Of a stretch of DNA of 37,370 nucleotides, positions 27,663 through 34,326 are shown piece by piece. A program made the position numbers and the translations under genes. Source of the stretch: an uncultured Planctomycetia bacterium (GTDB lineage Bacteria; Planctomycetota; UBA8742; SKZP01; CAYZQB01). The stretch spans positions 1 through 37,370 of the forward strand of contig CAYZQB010000007.1 in assembly GCA_964480395.1 (NCBI GenBank). The letters run 5' to 3'. Under the pieces are notes generated by a model. That model had not been told where the DNA came from. It made no database searches and saw nothing but the letters and a program-made list of their open reading frames with translations. How positions within the stretch are numbered: position 1 is the stretch's first letter; the number at the start of each line of letters is the position of its first letter.

Positions 27663-28517
27663 GTGAGTGATTACGATTTTATCGAATATAAATTGAGTTT
27701 TAAACAATCATTAAATCTGCCAATTTCTTCGTCAAACGAGATTTATCCTGTCTTATATTCCGACTGGTTGTATAAAGTGTTTGAAAGCGGATGGAAAAGA
27801 TTGTTTAGTGAGGATTTTCCGTACAATGACATCCGAATCACTTCCGGATTTCCATACTGCAAGGATTATTCACATGTTCTTTTCTATATACCGGAAAAAT
27901 TAGAATATTTGTCCGTTGCACGTGATGCACTTGCTGCTGGTGAGATTATACTTGGCTCAAATTGCTGGCGTTTTTTCTCGCGCCCTAGGGCAGAATTCAA
28001 CAAAGATACTGCACGCAGGGAAAAACGCTTTACAACAGTTGAAATATATTTCAAGAAAAATTCTGGAATCTGGTTTGGGTCGCGATTTACTAACTCGACA
28101 AGTCAGAAGAAATTCGAGAGTGTAATTCGGTTTATCGGTGATGAGGGCATCGGCGGCGGTCGTTCAGTAGGTTATGGCGGGTTTGTGCTTTCAAGCATCG
28201 AGGAAATATCAGTTTACAAAGAGGAACACTCTCTAATGCTTTCACTTTCACGCTTCAAAATACCCGAATCTTCAATTTCAGAAGACCTTTTTTGCGAAAT
28301 ACGACCGATGACAATTGGATTGAAATCTACAAAAACTGGAAAAAAGATTAATTTCTTGGTATTTGGCGAAGGCTCACTTATGAATGTGAGTGATAAAGTT
28401 GATTATTTATATGCTGGTGAATTTATCGGAGAAGACAGCAAAAAAGCAAAAGATTACTCGAATCGTGCAGCATTGCTTTTTGCTATGCCAGTACCAGCGA
28501 AATTGCAGACTTACTGA
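27663..28517 (+). CDS. csm4: Csm4-family RAMP (Cas5-like subunit)
   Basis: N-terminal YKLSFKQSLNLP...VLYSDWLYKVFESGW matches the Csm4 pattern (beta-strand, then sD-T-L-F-S-A-L-like helix). The C-terminal glycine-rich loop is IGDEGIGGGRSVGYGGF. GTG start has GAGG 8 nt upstream. Confidence 0.75.
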   Translation: MSDYDFIEYKLSFKQSLNLPISSSNEIYPVLYSDWLYKVFESGWKRLFSEDFPYNDIRITSGFPYCKDYSHVLFYIPEKLEYLSVARDALAAGEIILGSNCWRFFSRPRAEFNKDTARREKRFTTVEIYFKKNSGIWFGSRFTNSTSQKKFESVIRFIGDEGIGGGRSVGYGGFVLSSIEEISVYKEEHSLMLSLSRFKIPESSISEDLFCEIRPMTIGLKSTKTGKKINFLVFGEGSLMNVSDKVDYLYAGEFIGEDSKKAKDYSNRAALLFAMPVPAKLQTY

Positions 28518-28533
28518 CATTCTTTTCATGTTT

Positions 28534-28564
28534 GTCAATAGGTCAATCGATTTTGTTCCTATTG
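28534..28564 (+). promoter_or_regulatory. Copy 3 of the bipartite element (GTCAATAGGTC-N10-GTTCCTATTG) inside the csm4-csm5 intergenic gap
   Basis: Exact 11-mer at 28534-28544. CAATAGG (28536-28542) and CCTATTG (28558-28564) are perfect 7-bp inverted repeats. The spacer is 2 nt shorter than in the other copies. The element ends 60 nt upstream of the csm5 ATG. Confidence 0.5.
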
Positions 28565-28623
28565 CTTTGTTGAGGGAAAAAACAGGTTGCCGATGCAGAA
28601 TTTAGATTAATTAAGGTAATGTT

Positions 28624-29820
28624 ATGTTTACATATACAAAGAAATTGAAAAGTATAATCGAAGCGGAAGTTGAGGTACTAACACCTTTGCATATCAGCAG
28701 CGGGAAGAGTTTTCAACCTTCTGATGTTGTGCGTGATCCAGAATCATTTTTTGTTATTAACGAACGAAAACTTATTGAGAAATTTGCCGATAACGATGAA
28801 GTATTGAAAGAGCTTGAGAATCCACGCCTGATTTTGCAAAGATTCTTCGAAGAGCATGAAGATTTGTATGTTGATGATTATATGCTTTACGAACTTGAAG
28901 CACGGACGCAGAAAACAGTGCGTTATGGCATGCCATTAAACAGTTTCGCTCGCATAGGAGCTGAGTTTACGCCCTACATTCCTGGCTCATCTCTGAAAGG
29001 AGCTCTTCTTTCAGGTATTTTGTGGGATTTGAACCAGATAGCAAGAGGAGATAGCGAGAAATGGACCAGCGATATTTTTGTGTCTGCTCTTAAGAGGTGT
29101 TTTCATCACGGTAATGACATAAATATTTACGATAATGAATTTATAAGTGCAATTTTAGGTAAAGATAGCACAAATTTTGCTCAAAAAGCGTTCCGTATTC
29201 TGGATGCTAGTTTGAAACCTGAAGATATTGGTGTTTTCGCAAATGCAATGTTTCATTGTGATAAACCAAACGGCAGCGGATATCATTGGAGTGGAATTCA
29301 GAAACTGCCAACGAATGATTTTACGAAGATAAGCTATGAATTAATTGAAGCAATAAAGCCTGGAACAAAATTCAATGTTAAGATAGTTGTTGACAATGTT
29401 GCTCTTAAAAATGTTAAATTCGGGGAATTAAGCTCGAAACTTAGGCATGGTAAATCCTACGAATTTGGTGATATTGCAAGTGCCATATTCGAGTTAGCTT
29501 ATAACACTCTTTATTATGAAAAAGAATTTTATAGCAAGACAGGTCATCGAAAACTTATTAATGCATCAGAAGATTTTTATAATTATGCAAACTCAATTGC
29601 AGAAGATCCGGAAAGCAACGAGATTATGCTCCGTCTTGGATGGGGTATGAACTATCACGGAGTGACTGGTTTTTTATGGCAGGACGATATTGTGAAAAAA
29701 CTGAGATTACCTATGCAAAATTATCATGAATATCCTTACCCGAAAAGCAGGCGGATTGTATTTGATGGTCAGAACGAAGTAGGTACACCAGGCTGGGTTA
29801 AAATGCGCATCAATTTTTAA
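28624..29820 (+). CDS. csm5: Csm5-family RAMP (Cas7-like capping subunit)
   Basis: VEVLTPLHISSGKSFQPSDVV near the N-terminus, YIPGSSLKGALLSG, and RLGWGMNYHGVTG near the C-terminus; 398 aa. Confidence 0.8.
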   Translation: MFTYTKKLKSIIEAEVEVLTPLHISSGKSFQPSDVVRDPESFFVINERKLIEKFADNDEVLKELENPRLILQRFFEEHEDLYVDDYMLYELEARTQKTVRYGMPLNSFARIGAEFTPYIPGSSLKGALLSGILWDLNQIARGDSEKWTSDIFVSALKRCFHHGNDINIYDNEFISAILGKDSTNFAQKAFRILDASLKPEDIGVFANAMFHCDKPNGSGYHWSGIQKLPTNDFTKISYELIEAIKPGTKFNVKIVVDNVALKNVKFGELSSKLRHGKSYEFGDIASAIFELAYNTLYYEKEFYSKTGHRKLINASEDFYNYANSIAEDPESNEIMLRLGWGMNYHGVTGFLWQDDIVKKLRLPMQNYHEYPYPKSRRIVFDGQNEVGTPGWVKMRINF

Positions 29821-29859
29821 TATATGTTTATTAATCAAATTCTTCAAGTTACTAATAAT

Positions 29860-30513
29860 TTACAATGTGTTGACAATTGACTGTATTTTAATGGAAACAG
29901 CGTCAATTCCACCTTCGCTTTTTACATTTTTGACAATGTCGAATTTTGCGTAAAAACCTAGAACCGGCTCAGTTTGTTTTTTGTAGTTTTCAAGTCTAAC
30001 CAAAATTGTTTCGGGTTTGTCGTCATCACGTAAGATAACATTATCGCCACATTTATCGCATACACCTTCAACCTTCGGTGGTGAAATATCAAGATTGTAC
30101 GTTGCGCCACATTTAAGACAAACTCTGCGCGTTCCAAGTCGTTTCACAATTTCTTCATCATCAACCATTAGATTAATTACACCATTAATTTTTTTATCCA
30201 ATTTTTGCATCGCTTCATGTAATTTTCCCGCTTGTATCACCGTACGTGGAAAACCATCAAGAATAAAACCGTTTACAAGGTCAGGTTGCTTTAATTTGTC
30301 TTCAACTATGCTTATCACGAGGTCATCAGGCACAAGTGCGCCTTTATCCATGTATTCCTTTGCTTTCATACCAAGCGGAGTTTCATTTTTGATATTTGCT
30401 CGAAAAATATCACCTGTGGAAACCTGTACAATATTTGCATGTTTCGCAAGAATTTGTGCTTGTGTACCTTTGCCGACTCCGGGAGGTCCGAAAATAATGA
30501 GATTTAATGCCAT
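29860..30513 (-). CDS. adk: Adenylate kinase (long form with 4-Cys zinc lid)
   Basis: IIFGPPGVGKGTQAQ P-loop, STGDIFR, GFILDGFPRT, and lid CLKCGATYN...CDKCG. Confidence 0.97.
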   Translation of the reverse strand: MALNLIIFGPPGVGKGTQAQILAKHANIVQVSTGDIFRANIKNETPLGMKAKEYMDKGALVPDDLVISIVEDKLKQPDLVNGFILDGFPRTVIQAGKLHEAMQKLDKKINGVINLMVDDEEIVKRLGTRRVCLKCGATYNLDISPPKVEGVCDKCGDNVILRDDDKPETILVRLENYKKQTEPVLGFYAKFDIVKNVKSEGGIDAVSIKIQSIVNTL

Positions 30514-30590
30514 GATATTCCCCTAAAATGATTAAGTAGTAGAATCATATTTGAAGCTCAATATAGCAAATATCAATGATGAGAGCATAA

Positions 30591-31754
30591 TCATTTTTTC
30601 AGAGTTTCGTAAATTGCAACGTATGAGTCATGTCGTCGAGCATCAATAATACCTGCTTCAAGAGCATCAACTATTTTGCATCCTGGTTCAACACCTGTGT
30701 GCGAACAGTTGTTAAAACGGCATTTACCGATGTAAGGCATCATTTCTGGATAGTATGCAATTAAATCAGCTTTCAGAAGCGCATGCATCCCAAATGAACG
30801 AATCCCTGGAGTATCGACAACAGAACCACCGAAATCCAGCAAATGCATTTGAACTGAAGTTGTTGTATGTTTTCCTTTACCGGTTTTTTTACTAACTTCG
30901 TTGATTTTAATTCCTAGACCGGGTTGAATCGCATTAAGCAGACTCGATTTTCCGACACCAGACTGTCCGGTAAGTACAGAATTCTTGTCCTTTAGGATAT
31001 GCCTGAAATTTTCAATTCCCTTTGCATTTTTTACACTTAATAGCAGAACTTTATAACCAAGTTTACCGTAAAATTCAGCAATTTCCTGTGGTTCATTATT
31101 CTCAGAAGTTAGGTCGATTTTGTTGATGCAGATGACACAATCGATATTGCTGCGTTCCGCCGTTATCACAACACGGTCAATAAAACGAATTTTAAATGGC
31201 GGCTCTGCTGCTGCTACAACTACTACAAGCTGGTCAATATTGGCTGCAATCACTTGCTCTTGCTCGCTCTTAAAATGTGCAGCACGCGATAAAAGCGATT
31301 TACGCTCTTTGATTCCAATAAGAATACATTGTTTTTCTTGTGTAACGTGCTTAATAAGCTCAACTGCAACAACATCGCCAACTGCTACCGGATGCTTAAA
31401 TTTTCTTTCACCTATGAGCAGTCTTCGCGGTAAAAAACATATTAACGCGTCATTTCCAGAAAAAGCTTTGAAATGCCGACGATGTACAGAAGTAACGGTA
31501 CCTTTCAAAGTGTTATCGGGAAATTCGTCCTCAGATTTGTAAAATTCAACCGGTCTGTCGGACTCAGCATGTTCAAGCTCTTTTGCGAACTCTGTTACAA
31601 GTCTTTCCTCTTCGTCGTTTAACTCATCCTCTTCTTCGTCAATTACTGCATCTTCATTATCAGCATTGTTTTCATACGCCGCAATTTCGTTTTTCCGCCT
31701 GCTGCGAGCGGATTTACTGCGCCCTTTTCGTCCCGGATTTCGTTGTGCTGGCAT
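30591..31754 (-). CDS. rsgA: Ribosome small-subunit-dependent GTPase A (RsgA/YjeQ) with ~85-aa charged N-terminal extension
   Basis: Circularly permuted GTPase order NKID (G4), GQSGVGKSSLLNAI (G1), DTPG (G3). C-terminal zinc knuckle CRFNNCSHTGVEPGC. Confidence 0.92.
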   Translation of the reverse strand: MPAQRNPGRKGRSKSARSRRKNEIAAYENNADNEDAVIDEEEDELNDEEERLVTEFAKELEHAESDRPVEFYKSEDEFPDNTLKGTVTSVHRRHFKAFSGNDALICFLPRRLLIGERKFKHPVAVGDVVAVELIKHVTQEKQCILIGIKERKSLLSRAAHFKSEQEQVIAANIDQLVVVVAAAEPPFKIRFIDRVVITAERSNIDCVICINKIDLTSENNEPQEIAEFYGKLGYKVLLLSVKNAKGIENFRHILKDKNSVLTGQSGVGKSSLLNAIQPGLGIKINEVSKKTGKGKHTTTSVQMHLLDFGGSVVDTPGIRSFGMHALLKADLIAYYPEMMPYIGKCRFNNCSHTGVEPGCKIVDALEAGIIDARRHDSYVAIYETLKK

Positions 31755-31838
31755 TTAGTCCTTATTATTTAACATAAGTTATTTTACGAAACTTTCTTGC
31801 AGAATGAAAAATGGAAATTATAATTATCGCTCAATTCA

Positions 31839-31917
31839 CGGGGCGTAGCGCAGTCTGGTTTAGCGCGTCTGAATGGGGTTCAGAAGGTCGAAGGTTCGAA
31901 TCCTTTCGCCCCGACCA
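31839..31917 (+). tRNA. tRNA-Pro (anticodon GGG), CCA encoded
   Basis: Manual cloverleaf. The acceptor CGGGGCG pairs with CGCCCCG, giving the C1:G72 pair plus A73 typical of bacterial tRNA-Pro. The D stem is GCGC/GCGC. The anticodon stem is TCTGA/TCAGA with loop A-T-GGG-G-T. The T arm is GAAGG-TTCGAAT-CCTTT. Confidence 0.9.
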
Positions 31918-31927
31918 CAAAACACAA

Positions 31928-31960
31928 CAACTCAAGAGTTTTTCCTCTTGAGTTGTTTTT
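31928..31960 (+). terminator. Rho-independent terminator after tRNA-Pro
   Basis: CAACTCAAGAG (31928-31938) pairs with CTCTTGAGTTG (31945-31955), an 11-bp stem with a 6-nt loop, followed by T5. Confidence 0.88.
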
Positions 31961-32176
31961 ATTGGTTACAACCTGAATTACAACCCGTTGGAACGGATTT
32001 GAATCATTCTAAAATGAAAGATGCAGCAATTTCAATGCTTGCAGCGCGCACCATCTCGCAGCTTCTTGATATACAATGAAATAAGATTAACTAAGTGTGT
32101 ATATGTATAGATATGATGTACTAAAAAAGTACATTGTGATTTAGGAACAGTTTTACGTCAGAAATATTTACATTTT

Positions 32177-32233
32177 ACAGAAATAACAGAAATAACAGAA
32201 ATTATCGAGAATAACAGAATTAATAGAAATAAA
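32177..32233. repeat. 9-bp tandem repeat (ACAGAAATA: two perfect copies, a third with one mismatch, about three degenerate) in an AT-rich 520-bp intergenic region
   Basis: The sequence reads acagaaata acagaaata acagaaatt atcgagaat aacagaatt aatagaaat. Confidence 0.8.
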
Positions 32234-32484
32234 CGTACAAAGAAGGTTTGAAGACAGTAATATATACAGTTCAATAATAATGAGTTAGCCAAATACTGAA
32301 TTCAAGCTAATTATGTGCGATTGGATTTGCTATAAATATGAAATATTGAAAATATTAATCAAAAATCTTGAACTTTTTTCTGAAAAGCAGGTTTATCACA
32401 TATGTAACAATTCGATTTAAATATTATCTCATTATTTTTTATATTTCAGATATATTGTGATTTTGTTATTGAAATATAATTGGT

Positions 32485-33969
32485 CTATTTTTTTGCTGTT
32501 TCAATTGCCTTCATCAGCTTTTTCAAAATAAATATTAATGTTCTAAAATATTCCGCAAGTTCAACAAATTCCTTCAGCTCTGCATTATTTAAAGGATTGC
32601 TCTGTGATCGATTAAACAACGCAAGATACCTATCTTTTTTGTCTGCATTTTCATTTTCTAATTCTTTTACTAACTCAATAAGATTCATGCGCATTTTGCT
32701 AGAGTCAAAAGGTTTATTGAGAATTCCAGCCAGTTTTTTCTGCAGCTCAATAATAACGACCTTTTCAGGTGGCATCATTTTTTTAAGCTTTTTCCATGTT
32801 TTGTGCAAAAATCTCGCAGAAATATCCAGTGTTTTCGTATCTGCAATGTGCTTTTTAAGTTCTTCTGTGATATCTAAATCAGAAAATCCAAGTAAAGCAT
32901 TGAATTTCTTAAACTCCGATTCAAGATAATTATTCCTTGATTTCATATCATCGAATTTTTTAATTTCATCTTCAAATTCATCTAACCTTGGAATTAAGAT
33001 TGCATTTTCCTGCAGCGTCAATTCAAGTCGCTTCTTATGATCAGTAAATTTTTTAAAAAGTGCCTTCAAATCTGCAACAGCTTCATTATACTCTTTTACA
33101 AGCCGTTCCTTCTCTGACTTCCAATTTTCGAATGAGCCGTACATATGGATAAACTGCCCTAAATCGGCAACCATTGCTTTTTGGTCGTCTGTCAATTCCG
33201 TGTCGGGTTGCAATTCACCAGCATCAAACAAAATTTTAGCACCAACTTTGATAAAACTTCGAAACTGATGCACCGTTTCAATCTCGAAACTTGGTAGCGT
33301 ATTCTCCTCTATCACCTCGCGCCACAAAGATTCGTTCGCACCATCAAAATCAATTGTGTTTTTTAATTTCTCATTTTCCATAGCATCTGAATCTGGGGAT
33401 TCAGCATATGCTTCGACATAAGTTTCCGACAAATCGGTTTTCAGTTTATCATTTTCAGATTCGTTTGATTGCAACTCGGTAGTTATTGTTTCGATTGCGT
33501 TCGAGTCATTAGGAACTGGTTCATCTGTTACATGCACTTTATCGATCGTATAATCAGTTATGGACTCGACAAGATCTGACTCGACAGGATCTGGTTCATC
33601 TGTTACTTGCACTTTATCGATCGTATAATCAGTTACGGACTCGACAAGATCTGACTCGACAGGGTCTGGTTCATCAGTTACCTGCTCTTTATTGATCGTA
33701 TAATCAGTTACGGATTCGACAGGTTCAAACTCGACAGCTTCCGGCACATCGGCTTCTTGTTTGTTAACAATTGGTTCAAAAGTTACTGATTCGACAACTA
33801 CAGACTCATCGGCATCCGAATCGATAGATTCCGGTTCGTCATTATCCGAATCAACAACTTCCGGTACAATGGCTTCTGACTCGTCTTCGTCTTGCTCGAT
33901 AGCCTCTGGCACGAGAATTTCCTGTTCATCATTCTTGTTTTCAAAATCTTCATAATATGTTGAAGACAT
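32485..33969 (-). CDS. Hypothetical protein: highly acidic repeat-containing N-terminal half, coiled-coil C-terminal half
   Basis: 494-aa ORF. The N-terminus is rich in D/E/V/P with three 25-aa tandem repeats (VESVTDYTIDKVQVTDEPDPVESDL). The C-terminal half is heptad-like and K/E-rich. No family is recognised. Confidence 0.65.
   Translation of the reverse strand: MSSTYYEDFENKNDEQEILVPEAIEQDEDESEAIVPEVVDSDNDEPESIDSDADESVVVESVTFEPIVNKQEADVPEAVEFEPVESVTDYTINKEQVTDEPDPVESDLVESVTDYTIDKVQVTDEPDPVESDLVESITDYTIDKVHVTDEPVPNDSNAIETITTELQSNESENDKLKTDLSETYVEAYAESPDSDAMENEKLKNTIDFDGANESLWREVIEENTLPSFEIETVHQFRSFIKVGAKILFDAGELQPDTELTDDQKAMVADLGQFIHMYGSFENWKSEKERLVKEYNEAVADLKALFKKFTDHKKRLELTLQENAILIPRLDEFEDEIKKFDDMKSRNNYLESEFKKFNALLGFSDLDITEELKKHIADTKTLDISARFLHKTWKKLKKMMPPEKVVIIELQKKLAGILNKPFDSSKMRMNLIELVKELENENADKKDRYLALFNRSQSNPLNNAELKEFVELAEYFRTLIFILKKLMKAIETAKK
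33516..33740. repeat. 75-bp tandem repeat x3 within the acidic protein gene (in frame, 25 aa each)
   Basis: Units start at 33516, 33591 and 33666 (CTGGTTCATC...). Units 1 and 2 differ at only a few positions; unit 3 is more diverged. Confidence 0.9.
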
Positions 33970-34326
33970 TAACGCCTCCTAAAAAATAAGGCTTCAGCTT
34001 ACCGAAACCTAAACATTGTCTCAGCTTAATAACTACAAATTGATTATAAGTCAGGGATTCTGTATTTCAAGACAAAAAGAAGAGGGAGTGTTGGTTTAAA
34101 ATCATTGATTATTATACAAAAACTCTTCGACATTGCATAGCAAACAAAATCATAAGCTTTTTTAATATCAATCACTTCATGATAAGTTATTTCATAAATG
34201 AAAAAGACCTTAAAATGAATAATCTATGCACTTCAGAAAGAATTTTTTGAAACAATTATTATCTTGCTTCGTCTAAAATTCAGTTTCATAAATAAAAAAA
34301 ATTATCAAGTTACAAAAGGGGATATT

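Noticed and set aside
30017-30526. 169-aa ORF antisense to adk; similar antisense ORFs occur at 3334-3894, 11032-11406, 13693-14049 and 31120-31542
   Set aside because: These are shadow ORFs opposite strongly supported conserved genes. Their translations are low-complexity Ser/Ile/Phe-rich with no recognisable motifs.
31873-32079. 68-aa ORF overlapping the tRNA-Pro gene and its terminator
   Set aside because: It starts inside the tRNA and runs through the terminator hairpin, so it is spurious.
32177-32233. Short tandem repeat near tRNA-Pro considered as a CRISPR-like or mini-array
   Set aside because: The period is only 9 bp with no spacers, far from the 24-40 nt repeat plus 30-45 nt spacer organisation.
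31839-32484. tRNA-Pro as an integration site of a mobile element
   Set aside because: There is no integrase or recombinase gene nearby and no convincing direct repeat of the tRNA 3' end downstream. The only candidate is a weak 8/11 match at about 31994-32004.
33516-33740. 75-bp direct repeats considered as a possible CRISPR array for the orphan Csm-like genes
   Set aside because: The units are directly adjacent with no unique spacers, are in frame inside a long ORF and encode a 25-aa peptide repeat. This is not CRISPR architecture.
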